Assembly: GCF_006345805.1 (NCBI RefSeq)
Contig: NC_042998.1
Span: forward strand, 104,842,001 to 104,906,000
Direction: 5' to 3'
Length of the DNA: 64,000 bases
Origin: Octopus sinensis
Lineage: Eukaryota
A program made the position numbers and the translations under genes. Positions 1 through 40,093 of this stretch are shown here, piece by piece; position 1 is the stretch's first letter; each line of letters opens with the position of its first letter. The notes beneath the pieces were generated by a model that saw only the letters and a list, made by a program, of their open reading frames with translations, was not told where the DNA came from and searched no databases.

Positions 1-850
1 TACCGCCCAAAGTGTGCATAAACTGCTCTTTCAGAAGAAGAGCAAAAAGTTTCTAGGCAAGCTGTTCTAGTGTTTCTCTAGCTCTTACGCAGGTCCGAAA
101 TCGTTACTGTACACTTAAAAGATATGGCACAAAATGCCATATCTTTTCTTTAGCAATTCAACTAAGGAAGAATAACAGCTTCTGTCCTCCACAGGCAACT
201 GGCTCATTACCTCTAGTACATCTCCCTTTAGACTAACAGCAAACTGAACTGTTCTTTGCCCATCGTCCCATCCATTCTGGTCAGCCAATAGCTCAAACTG
301 GACTCAGTATGCCTCCCATGACACACTGCTATCAAATTCTTGTGGCTGCTCCTTAATGAAGACTCCACTGCGGCCTAGAACTTTTTGCACCAATATTTTG
401 TCTACTTAAAGCTACTTAACTTTCTTTCCAATATTTTTTAACGAGATCTGTACCAAAAGATTCTGTTCATCGAGTTCATTTAAATAGTTATAATTAAAGT
501 ATAGTTTTTTTTCAATAACTCGGAAATTTCGAGTCAAAGTAAATATTAGGCATTACTCTCCCATTTTTGACCCTACATTTTTTATAACTTTTTTCTATAG
601 AACCAAATTTCGATTATTTTGTGCCAAACTGTTGCTTACTATTGGTCCATCATAGTGCAAAAATCCGAATTAATGTTGAGATAAAACTGAATTAGTGATA
701 AAGTGTTGAATTGGCCGCGAGTGAGTAAAAGTTGGAAACAACATATCACTTCTTTCATCACTTAAAGCTGCATAACTTTTTTATATCTAATATCTTTTAT
801 GGGGGTTTTCACAAAAAAGATTCTACTCATCGAGTTCTTTTTAAAACATA

Positions 851-2489
851 CTAGCATTATGACCCGGCGTTGCCGGGTCAGACTGGAATATATAACAGAC
901 TGGAATTGTTGGCCCGTCTCTTGCAATTTCGATCAATTGTATCTTGTCCTCCCTCTTGTATAGAAGTGTGGCTACAATCCAGCCTACCTCTACTTCTGGG
1001 GGGACATTTTAAATTTTTATCCGGGACATCCTACGTCCCAAATATAAAAGTAAAAATAAAATATTTCCACTTTGCAAAGTTCGAGTCGAGTACTCCCTTG
1101 CATGCTCCGTTGACTCGAACCTTGCTTCTATTGTGGCGAATTTACCGCCTCTGGATAGATACTTGATATCTTTCATAGTCGCACCAAGACACTTTTCAAT
1201 GGTGCTTTCCTCCAGGTGTTCAAATCTTTTTTTCTCTACATTGTATACTTTATAGACAATAGTTTTTTCTTTAATTTAATTTTTTATTTTGTTTGATGGT
1301 GTTATCCTAGATTCATCGTCTTTGTTGGTGATCAATCCGAAAAAGGTTTGTATTTCTTCCATTTTAATTTTAATGAGTTCGCGCCCGCTGACGGCTGCAG
1401 CGAAATTCATTTTTGGACTTTCTTCTATCGAAGACATTTTAACAAAAATGCTTCCGTATAAACGGTGAAAATATTGTCAATTTCCCCAAACAGGGACACA
1501 ATTCAATTTTTAAACAATAACCAAAGGTTTTCTCCAAAAGGGGGAGGGTTACGGCTTACAATTATTTAACAAATGCAACACAACAATGCTTTCCTTACGA
1601 GGAACCAACAAACGTGATAACAATAGTTAAACAGTAATGATAATTACAACAAACCTTACGGTGAATCAAAAAGCAGTACTCAGTTGAAGCTATAGTCCTT
1701 TATGGATCAGAAATAAACCAAGCAGTACTCAGTAGAAGCGTCTGTTCGAGAAAACAGACATTATATACAGCCAAACTTCATATAGATACTTAATGCTAGC
1801 TAATTGACAGATAATCTAATGTAAAAGCCGTGGTAAATGGTATGTGCACAGTTCCATCTGGACTATTCCATTTCTGCACTTAAATTTTATTTTCTATTTA
1901 TTCCTATTCATATGAAACCACTTATTCAAGTTCAAGTCATTGATGCAATTTTATACCAATTGCTATTTTTACTTTTAATTATTATGTTACGATTTAATTA
2001 TTATATTATACTTTAGTCTAATTTTAATAATTACTTACTACATATAATTCAATTGTTGTTATTATCTCTAATTTTTATTGTTAAAGTGAAAGTATCTGAC
2101 ATAAAATAGAGAAATGTTTTTGTTTCACTTTTAACACGTAATACTGAAATAGTGGAGAAGATATGATATTGCTATGGGCTCGCCCTAGGCAAGAAGTTGA
2201 ACATTTTTTGCCCATGAAACTACATGGACCCTAAGTAAGGCATGTGTAAAATTTGAATGAAATTGGTTGTGTCGTTCTCAAGTTTTAGGGAATCACAGTG
2301 GGGAAGATATAATATTGCTGTGGGCTCGCCCTAGGCAAGAAGTTGAACATTTTTTGCCGATGACCCTCCCCGGACCCTAAGTAAAGCATGTGTAAAATTT
2401 GAATGAAATTGGTTGTGTAGTTCTCAAGTTTTACGGAAACACACAGACAGACAGACACACACACATTCTCAGTTTTATATATAGAGAGA
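851..2489 (-). mobile_element. Non-autonomous Helitron
   Basis: On the minus strand: 5' TC at 2489, a perfect 8-bp subterminal hairpin GACCCGGC-AAC-GCCGGGTC (879-861) and 3' CTAG (854-851). It is inserted between A and T with no TSD, and removing it rejoins the host repeat. It has an internal ~146-bp tandem duplication (2162-2432). Confidence 0.85.
880..1760 (-). mobile_element. 5' fragment (5'UTR and start of ORF1) of a LINE-like element inside the Helitron
   Basis: A minus-strand ATG at 1437 opens a broken ORF: MSSIEESPKMNFAAAVSGREL..., IEKCLGATMKDIKYLSRGGKFATIEARFES, PPEVEVGWIVATLLY. The resemblance to LINE ORF1 is from memory. Confidence 0.45.
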
Positions 2490-2987
2490 TTAAAGTATAG
2501 TTGCTTTTGAAATACCTGAGATATTTTGAGCCAAATCAATTTTAGGCGTTACTTACCAAGTTTTGGGCTGTTTATAGCTGCATAACTTTCTTTCTATCTC
2601 ATATCTTTTTACAAGATGTTCACCAAAATATTCTATTCATCGAGTTCTTGTAAAACACTATTTAAAGAATAGTTTGCTTTTCGTATAACTGAGAAATTAC
2701 GAGTCAAAGTAAATATCAGGCGTTGCTCTCCCATTTTTGGCCCTGCATTTTTTATCAGACCTTTTTTACTACTGAACCAAATTTCGATTATATTATGTTA
2801 AAATGTTGGTTCATCATAGTACATAAAACCGAATTAAGATTGAGCTAAAACCGAATTAGTGGTAAAGCATCAATTTGGCCGCGAGTGAGTAAAAGTTGAC
2901 CTTAGGAATATTATTCACACATTACCGTGAATGATATCGTACATATTGTAACTTTACATGTTTATTATTTCAGGAACCCATACAATA

Positions 2988-30822
<27,835 letters not shown>

Positions 30823-30878
30823 AAATTAGATACTTGTAAATAACTGAAAATCCTGATAAATATGTATATTTAAATATG

Positions 30879-30909
<31 letters not shown>

Positions 30910-31421
30910 GAGAATGATTATGTTCTTGTGCAAAATATGATACTACTCATATGTACATATGTGTGTATGTGTGTATGAGTGAGTATCCAAAATGAACATC
31001 GAGAATATCGACATAAACAGAAAATAATTGCTATAGTTGGTTAAACGTTCAATGCAAGATAAAATAGACGCGTATTTCACATATCGAGCTGACGTACTTC
31101 GTCAGAAAGATATTTAGAAGAAGGAAGTTGTGAGAAGGAAAAACAGAAGCGGTGGATGACACAGAAACATATGGTGTCTCTGTGTGAAGTCATAGTGTAA
31201 CTGGTGGAGACTGAAGCAGAGGAAGTGACAAAGAGCGAATGAAATTTCATGCATAGAAGAGCAACAGGAGAGGTTAATGTGCAAAAATGAAGATGTGTTT
31301 ATATATTAGTATAGTTTTAGAGTGTGTAAATCCAAAATACATTTTATTAATTATTCACGTTTTATTATCAGTGTAATTACTATAATGTATGTATGTGTGT
31401 GTGCGCACGCGTATGTGTTAA

Positions 31422-31532
<111 letters not shown>

Positions 31533-31719
31533 CACACATATATACATTTATATGTACTGTATTTTTGTTGTCTTTGTGACCGATGCTGAGAGTACTAGGT
31601 GAGCAATGTATGAGTATAAATGCATGCGTACGAAAATACATACATATTCTCCTCTTACAACAAAACAATATTCCACAATGCATTTTCAGTGCTAGTGCTG
31701 ATCCCAGTATTTGGGATGC

Positions 31720-31910
31720 TTGATTAGTCTGTAGAGGAAATCCACTCCATAGATATCAAAACCCGTAAAATCCTGACAACAACTGGAACTTCCACAGAAA
31801 CAGTGATGTTGACAAGTTCTACCTAAGAAGAAATGAAGGTGGTATAGGCCTGAGATCAGTGCAGACGGCTTTCGAACGCCATATGGTATCTCTCAGGCAG
31901 CTGAAACATT
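31720..31910 (+). mobile_element. R4/Dong-like LINE post-RT fragment
   Basis: [36 protein letters not shown]. Confidence 0.6.
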
Positions 31911-32834
31911 TTTAAGCTTTCATGTCGTCTCATCCTGTGTTTTCCAGGTTCAGTTAATGAAAAATATCACTCCTGTAAACGAATTTCCTTTGCTAATCCA
32001 TCTTTTGCAAGCAAAAGCTTTTGCAAGCAAAAGCTTTTGCAGAGAAAATGTTTAAGCTATAGTCAAAAAGTTAATTTTATAAATTCTCCGTGAGGAAACC
32101 ATAATGAAGAAGAAAATGCTAACAGAACATCAGTAGATGAACTGCCACGAGTTAGAAAGCACTACATAAAATTTGAGTCAACTAGTTTGAGGCAAAATGA
32201 TCTAATCACATTCATATTCTCGGGGAACACCTTGAGTATATTGCAAGTCTCTTCCTGGATCAAGCTTGAGATGCACTTGGTGATACCATGGTAAACCAAG
32301 AATGCGATAGCCTATCTTGGTGATGCCTTGTTCATTTAGATTCTTGTCTCGTCCTTGTCCATTTCATTTCTGTCTTTCCGGCGTTCAGACACGGTCAAGA
32401 AGTAAATTATATAAATAAGAAATATTTTTCATACAATAAATTTCGCAACGATTGTTTTTCATTTTTCTTTTTTGTTTTTGATGTCCAATTCCATCAACTC
32501 GTCAAATTTTAATATATCTTCATATCTATTTTGATTTTGTTTTATTTTTTCTGACTAATTATTATTTTGGAAAATTAATTATACCAGAATAAAGCGTTAA
32601 TTCCTTTTGATAAAAGAAATAATTTGCTTTAGATGAAAAATAACTTTTTGGTATATTTTGGTGAAGGGATAAAAGCGTTTAAATTTAAATATATATTTTT
32701 ACATGTATTTTATTTAGCACAATTTTTTTTCAGTTTCTCTTCGTCTCAAATTCATATGACTGCATCCTCATGGGGTATCACTTTTTCAACACAAAATATA
32801 TAATTAATGATGTTACACAACAAAAAATTTGTTT

Positions 32835-33945
32835 TCTTTAGAACGTGCAAAGAGCATTTAACTGCTATGAAGAGAATCCTAACGAAGAATACAGGCGAGG
32901 ACTATAAGCTGCCAAATTCACTCTTCCTAATGCCTACGACACTATTGAGGAAGGGGAATTTGACCGCATGATTGATCAAGTCAATGCAGCAGAGGCAAAT
33001 TCAACGCACAAATAAAGCTGGAAATTGATCAATGAGATAAACTGAAGAGAAGCAGCAAAGTCAAGCATCATCCATGGAAGCAGCTGGGAGGAGTGTATCC
33101 AAAAGGGGCATCAACAATTCAATCAATTGCTCGGAAAATTTTCCCCTTGTAGGCAACGTAGAGGAAGAGGTTCAACCTGTTTTCGACGATTTCACGTATA
33201 AAACCGGATCCTTTGAATTGGAAGAACTTCAGAGTGCCAGGAATAGACGGAAGGCGGGAGAGCTGGCCGTGATGGAACTCCCCTGAAGTTATCAAGTGGT
33301 GCAATCTGGATGAAATAAAACTGGATTTTGCGAATAAGCTCTTGTAGAACCAGGAAACTTCATATCAGTGGTCCGAGACTGACTTGATACGAATCCCAAA
33401 GTCAGGAAAGCTCAGCAAAGAAACTAACTTCAGAAGAATTGTCTAATATCTACTCAAGGTCATCAACCGAATGATCCTCAACAGGATTCAACCGGTGTTG
33501 GATAGCCATCTGCGACCAAATCAAAATAAATTTGGACCAGGGAGATCCACAACATCTCAGATCTTAGACCTGAGGCGTATCGTAGAAGGAGTTAAATCAA
33601 GACAGTTACATGCCATTATAATCCTCATGGATTTCAGCAAAGCGTTTGACACCATCCTTCGTTAAAAATGTTGAAGATCCTTCGAGTATATGGCATTCTA
33701 TACGAACTAGTTCTAGTAATTGCAAAGACCTGCGACGAGACTAGAGCTCGTGTGTTCTCATCTGTTGGAGAAACAAAATTCTTTTATATTCTGTTTGCGG
33801 TGCTGCAAGGAGATACGCTTGCATCTTACCTGTTTGCAAATTGTATTGAATTATGCAATGCGGCAGACAATAGACAACAGTGATGAGCAAAGATCGCAAA
33901 GAGTGCCAACAGTAACCTTCAGAAACCTGGACTTCGTAGATTAGG
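32835..33945 (+). mobile_element. Decayed RTE-clade LINE (RT N-terminal half)
   Basis: ILNRIQPVLDSHLRPNQNKFGPGRSTTSQIL.LRRIVEG, DFSKAFDTI, MLKILRVYGI, VLQGDTLASYLF; multiple frameshifts. Confidence 0.8.
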
Positions 33946-35067
33946 GATCCGAAGTCTGCAGCTCTCTCGCAGATTTTAGACCCGTCTCCGTTGAACTATT
34001 CTACAACAGTAAGTTTAATTACGACTTCTACGATCAAATGGGAGGTAACTTTAATTTTATTTTTATTTTTTATTTTTTATTTATTCCGTTTTTATTCACC
34101 CTTCCACTTCTTGCAGCAACCATCTTTGCGTTTCCCCCCTTTTTTCTCGTTGTCTCTAATGCAGCAGCGACCTGATATTTAAATAGTACAGGTCACGTGC
34201 CAAGAGGCAAAAGATCGCTCGAAGGCACAACGCACGTTATAAAAACCTGCCTAGCTACGTATCCCCAGAACAAGAACTGTTAGTAGCTCTTACCTTAATA
34301 CAGTGTACATTAAATATTTATCTCTCACGGGATTGAGTACTTTTTTGTTGATCTGACCGTAACAGAACAGTAAACTATGTATATATATACATATTAGGGA
34401 GCCCTCTCAATTTTCACAACTTGCTTCCTAAGTTCATTTTTATTGTTTTTATTGTGTCAATTGTGACACAGTTTATTATATATTCTGAGAAAGCTTAACT
34501 ATACTATTTTCTCAGTAATGTCACGGGAATAAAATGGCTTTAAAATTTAGGCATTACTGTCATTCAAATTTCATTACTTTCCCACCCTCCATAAGTTATT
34601 CTACTGCATAAAATTTGACGAAATTTACAGAGTTAGATTCCGGTCATTGCAATTTTTCATTTAAGTGTAACTAGGGCAAAGCTAATAAAGAAATGAAGTA
34701 AGTATACTGTTTAGGTGCTGCATCTATGCGTTAATATTCCATTTTTTGAGCACATATTTCATAGTAACATTTTTCTTACTTAGCTAACTTTCTATTATAA
34801 TATCTCAACATTTATCAGAATACCGGCCCTATTCAATGGACTTAATCGCGTTTAATTTGGTCAAGAATTGAATAAGTAAAAGTGCATCATCGTGAATTAT
34901 TTATTAATTTTCAAAAATATATATATTAATCAAGTGTATCTGACCTGTTGCCTATAAAGCGACTTCTAAAGAAGAAAAAAACTAATAAAACTATGTAATA
35001 CAATTTCAAGTTAAAAATAAGGCATACAAACTCAGATGCTTAATTAAATGTATTTTTTTTAAAAAAG

Positions 35068-35179
35068 CAAAGGAGTGAGGCTTGAACTCACAAACTCGAC
35101 TAACCGCCTAATATTGTGAATTAGGCAAGGAAAGTACTGTCTATAAGTACGGCACGCTTATCGATTGTGCAAACACCGA
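35068..35179 (-). pseudogene. tRNA-Ile(TAT) pseudogene with intron remnant
   Basis: The minus strand reads GCACAATCGATAAGCGTGCCGTACTTATAGACAGTACTTTCCTTG...TTGTGAGTTCAAGCCTCAC, co-linear with 39675-39786. The acceptor stem and the 3' anticodon-stem strand do not pair. Confidence 0.8.
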
Positions 35180-35679
35180 TGTGCAAAATTTAAGCCAATA
35201 TATGTCTAAGTAATAATATACATACATTGTGTGTGTGTATGAGAGAGGGAAAGGTATATATAGAGACAGAGGGAGAGGGAGAGAGAGTGGTGTATGCATG
35301 GATCATCTTCAGATTTGACCAATTTTCGATTCATAAATGTTGTTCTGATATATAAATTTTTGGCGTTATTTCAATATTAGATTTTCTCGATGAAAACTTT
35401 TATTTAGGTGTAATTAAAACAAAATTAGCAAAGAAACATGGAAAACATACTATCTGAATGTTGCATGTGGAAGTTCATTTGTTTCACATATTTTGATATA
35501 ATCTTCTTAAAAATTTTTACTCAACAGTTTTCCATTATATCTCAAAGAGTATCGCGGTATTGGCTTTCATCGTTGAACTCAACTATACTTCATTTGGTAA
35601 TTGGTTGAATTAGCCAGTCGGTGCTAAAGTGGTGAAAAAAAACTGTATGAATTAGGTGAATGATAATTTTGTATTTTAA

Positions 35680-35922
35680 CCCTTTAGCAATTAAACTAAT
35701 AAAGAATTGAAGAAAGTATACTTTAGCAGTTCAACGGCTATTCTACACGGTTTATATTCAGACCGGCCAGGTCTGATTTCTTACACCTATCGTACGATGT
35801 CATTCATGAAATAAACAATCTTATCAACGAAGTATCGAAGCTACATGACAACGCATAATAAATTCAAAACAATGTGAATAAATGAGATTTACATTCGACA
35901 AAGTTATTTTAATGCTGATGGG
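35680..35922. mobile_element. Possible piggyBac-type MITE
   Basis: TTAA|CCCTTTAGCA at the left end and TGCTGATGGG|TTAG at the right end (degenerate TIR and TSD). Confidence 0.35.
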
Positions 35923-36145
35923 TTAGAATAAAGAGTGGAGGAAATATTTGGAAGCTTTTGCTAGCTTGAAGTTTCAAGAGAGATAAGCGCCCCCACCCCT
36001 TGAGAAGAAGCATTATTTAACAAATTCATAAGAATAATTACATAATAATTATGCATGAACTGGTTTAGCTTATCCCACGCCACTGCCGATTGTTACAAGA
36101 AAGAAAGAAAGCTTTGTGAAATACCCCTACGCAGGATTTAACCTG

Positions 36146-38206
36146 GTCAAAATATTAATTTATTTCGCCATTTTCGAAGCTGAGATCAAGACTGTTTGTG
36201 AGTTGCTTTTAAAATAGATGACGTTTGAACAAGGAACTTACGTAAGAAAAAGACAGGAAAACAGCGCAGATAACCAACGTTACAATAAAGAAATCTGGAA
36301 AAGACTTGTAGTTTGCATTATAACATTATCTTTACCCTCAGCTGATCGAGTGCTATTCTACTTGTTGACATCTAACATAGTTTATCAATACTGTACCGGA
36401 ATGACCATCGCAGATTCTTTTTAAGATTGTTGAAGCTTAGCTATTACAGTCGAGCGCTCGACGATGCTGGTATCCTGCGCCACGATGAATTTCTTTCATA
36501 TGAACTACTCTGCTAAAAATATTCCTACACTACCTAATGATATTTATTTGAGGATGCTCATAGAAGATGTTAGTACAGAAAAGCAGAAGACCTTATTAAG
36601 CGCTTACGATGGAGATTTACCTATAACAGCCACTGAATATATATTAAATCACAAAAATTTCCTCCACGTTTCTTGTTCATTTCGAGACCGATTTGCTGAG
36701 CATTATTTCCACGATTAAGATTAGTAAGTACTCTTGCTTCAACCAGTTTCAAGCTAAACAATTTCAAAAGTCTAATAGTAGGTTTATATTTTCGGACAAG
36801 ACAAACAATCTATACGAGGTAGATAAAGATATACATAATAAATTATTAACTAATAGTATTACGGATCGATATAAGACATCTGATATGAATACTTGCAAAT
36901 CTATTACAAAGGTGAGTAAAATCTTTGGAAATAGGTTTAATATAGATAAAAGATCTGAATGTCTAGCTAAGAGGGAGGCATTGATTCACTAAAGTATCAT
37001 AAACCCGACCTTCATAATAGACCAAGGAGCAGCCTAATTTCTATTTTCAATTCTTTAGGAATTAAAATCTCTATCCACACTAACCTAACTAGGTCTAACA
37101 ATTTATATGTTTTCTTAGGCTTCAGAACTAATTCCTATAAGCCCTTCCATAAAACTAACGAGAACCTTAAATATATTAATAAACACTTCTATCACCCACC
37201 AATTGTATTTAAAAACTTAATTCCAAATATTAGTCATAGGATTAAATGCTTTTCTTCTTGAAAAGAAATATTTGAAAAGGCTGCTCCAAATTATAAGGAT
37301 AGAGGCTTTACTGGTAAAATATTTTACAATTCCTACCTTCTCTGTTATTTAGTCGTAAGAATAGGCCTCGAAAAGTATTTCTGATCCCCACCCTCTTTCT
37401 CCCTTAATGTTAAGACAAATGTGGGCAGAAGATTCTTGCACTTTGTGGCTATTCTCTTTCCTAAAACCCATACATACAATAAGAAATTTAACAGACACAC
37501 GATTGGAATTACCTTTTCTTGTCCCCCTAATGTTAAGGCATATATCAATAAGCAACCGACGACTTAAGCCTGCTCTGCATGAACAAGTGGAGATAAATCT
37601 AAATGTCCTTTACGGCAAAAAATGCGATATATCCTCCGTTGTTTATTAAGCACAGGTATCAGCAAGTTATCTCAATGGTCAAACAGAAATCAAGCGTTAT
37701 ATCGGAGCAACGGAGGGAAATTTTAAATCCAGAGATAACAACCATCTTTCGACTTTAACGCAGCGTGGGATAAGGCATTCTACAACTTTATTCTGGAAAC
37801 TTAAAGACGAAAGAATCAATTGCGACATCAAACAGAAAACCAATTCCTATATTAACAAGTTAAAATGATGTTCAGTATGCTCTGCTGAAAACCTTTATCT
37901 CTTAAAGACCTTGGGAACCTCCAATGACTTCGTAAATTCCAGGGACGATATGTTTTCTTTATGTCCGCATTTTAAGAAATACTTTTTGTCGGAATAAAAA
38001 AATAACCCACCGAACACATTGTCGGCCATTAATATCTTTTTTATATTTTGATATTTGCTTATTGTAGTGTCGGTTATCTCCCCAGTGTTTTCCTTTCTGT
38101 TCGTTCCTTATGAGCGATCCTTGTTCAAACGTCATCTGCTTTGAAAGCAACTGACAAATGATCTTGTTCTCTGTTTAAAAAGTGGCGAAACAAATTTGTG
38201 TTTCGA
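36146..38206 (+). mobile_element. Penelope-like element, internally deleted, bounded by inverted ~165-bp repeats
   Basis: N-terminal YSAKNIPTLP, FIFSDKTNNLYEV and a KYHKPDL (LKDHK-like) remnant; C-terminal GIY-YIG-type RYIGATEGNFKSR.NNH, WKLKD, CSVCSAE, NSR...SLCPH. Inverted arms at about 36146-36305 and 38035-38206. Confidence 0.75.
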
Positions 38207-38703
38207 CAAAGAAACCCTGGGTAGCTATATTGCACACGATTTGTGGTTTTCATTAAAACATTATCTGTACTCTCTACATGTTAAAGCCTTACCACATATT
38301 GTATATATATACACATTTAAGTTGGGAGTCTGAAGAGTCGTCTTATAAATGTAATCCAATGTTATATAAGAAGAGAGTACTTGCCAAACCACTGGCATCT
38401 ATGTTCAAGAACGATCGAACGAAACTCTAAAATCTCTTCAAGTCAAATGAATTAACACATACACATACGCCCACAGAGATTACACTCACTCACATGTGTA
38501 CACACTTATTCATGTAAATGTGTGTGTCTATATTTATACGTGTGTATGTGTGAGTGTGTGTGTGTGTGTGAGTGTGTGCATGTGTGTGTGCGTGTGTGTT
38601 TGCGTGTAAATATGTGCAAATAGTGCGCGTCTACAAGTGGCTCGGAGTAGGACATAACCAATAGATAGATATAAAGGATAATTGCGAATAACCCCGTATC
38701 ATA

Positions 38704-38858
38704 GGCGTAGGTGTGGCGGTGTGGTAAGAAACTTGCTTCCCAACCACATAGTTCCGGATTCAGTCCCACTGTGTGGCAAGTGTCTTCTACTGTAGCCCCG
38801 AGCTGACCAAAGCCTTTTGGGTGGATTTGGTAGACGTAAATTGAAAAAAACCATATAT

Positions 38859-38901
<43 letters not shown>

Positions 38902-38916
38902 ATATTATATATATAT

Positions 38917-38961
<45 letters not shown>

Positions 38962-39150
38962 TCAGTCATCTGACTGCGGCTATACTGGAGCAGCGCGTGA
39001 CAACCGATGTTGGTGTGTTTACGTCCCGTAGCATAGCAGTTCGGCAAAAGAGACCGATAGAATAAGTACTAAGCTTACAAAGAATAAGTCCTTACAAAGA
39101 ATAACACGGTGCTCCACCATGGCCGCAGTCTGAAACAAGTAAGAGAGTGA
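38704..39150 (+). mobile_element. SINE family A: head, internal (TA)n and body, with a small inversion
   Basis: Head 38704-38850, (TA)n to 38957, inverted tail piece 38958-38995, body gacaaccgatgttggtgtgtttacgtcc...ctgaaacaagtaagag. Confidence 0.7.
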
Positions 39151-39553
39151 AAAAAAAAAACAGTAGCTGTAAGCAACGGAGTGTAATCATATCAGATTGC
39201 ACTGTAGGATATAGAGAAAAAAATGTTTAAATTGTACTTTTGACTGTGTTGTGACAAGGCAGATAAAAATCCTAACCTAACCTTGCTTTATTGGACTGAT
39301 GCTACTCCTACGGCCTTGGTGTCTTTGTTAATTCCCTGAATCTAGAATCTAAGTGTCTGTGTTTACGCATGACTGCATAAAAACATCAAACGTAGAAACG
39401 AAGTCATAATGAATGAGAAGGAAAATTTTTTGCTATACAATCCCAGTCGATCGCATCTGATGTTAAACAGATGTGCGATATCTATGTCTATATCTACGCA
39501 CAAACATACATACATACATATAAACTGATGCATACACACTTACATTCCCGAAT

Positions 39554-39590
<37 letters not shown>

Positions 39591-39674
39591 AAATAAAACA
39601 AGTTTCATAAAATGTAAACGTATGTAGATTAGCTGGAGATTCATTCACTTAAATTTTACCAAGTGCTGTTGACT

Positions 39675-39786
39675 GCCCTGGTGGCACAATCGGTAAGCGC
39701 GCCGTACTTATAGACAGTACCTTCCTTGTGGTAATCACAGATTAGAAGATATGCGGAGGTTGTGAGTTCGAGCCTCACCCGGGGCA
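39675..39786 (+). tRNA. tRNA-Ile-TAT: tRNA-Ile(TAT) with a 38-nt intron (39713-39750)
   Basis: Acceptor stem GCCCTGG/CCGGGGC plus discriminator A; anticodon stem CCGTA/TGCGG with TAT at 39709-39711; T arm GTGAG-TTCGAGC-CTCAC; intron after base 37; Pol III terminator T-run at about 39792-39802. Confidence 0.93.
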
Positions 39787-40093
39787 GTGTATTTTTTTTT
39801 CGATTAAAGACACATGTTAATTATGAATCCAACTTTTGTGGCTTTAATTCTCCTTTCAATTTGAAATTACACTAGACAATTTTATTAGTCTTTTTCTGTC
39901 GTTAGAAGTTGGATAAGACGAAATGAAATGCAGTGAATTTATATTTTTATACACATCAATACTTAGTGCTGTTACTTCATATTTTATTTACCGCGAGCTG
40001 CTGAATAGCGCAATCAGTCATTAAACAATGACGGGATTATCATAAGAAAGATCTGTCTCTCGGGTAAGTTCAAAGCGTCTGCCTTTTCAGTCT

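Larger units (their letters stand above)
400..2900. repeat. Unclassified tandem-structured host repeat (400-850 plus 2490-2900), split by the Helitron
   Basis: Blocks recur: ctgcataacttt...tcatcgagttc (3x), gagtcaaagtaaatat.aggc (3x), ggccgcgagtgagtaaaagttg (at 713 and 2877). Confidence 0.65.

Noticed and set aside
870-1166. 98-aa plus-strand ORF as a gene
   Set aside because: It lies inside the Helitron and is the antisense shadow of the LINE-like fragment.
2958-2987. Upstream in-frame ATG given by the ORF track (MFIISGTHTI)
   Set aside because: It overlaps a polypyrimidine tract and AG acceptor at 2972-2973, so it is probably intronic; ATG 2988 is preferred.
36218-36992. ORFs 36218-36992 as exons of a host gene
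   Set aside because: They carry Penelope-like ORF motifs with frameshifts and show no splice-consistent structure.
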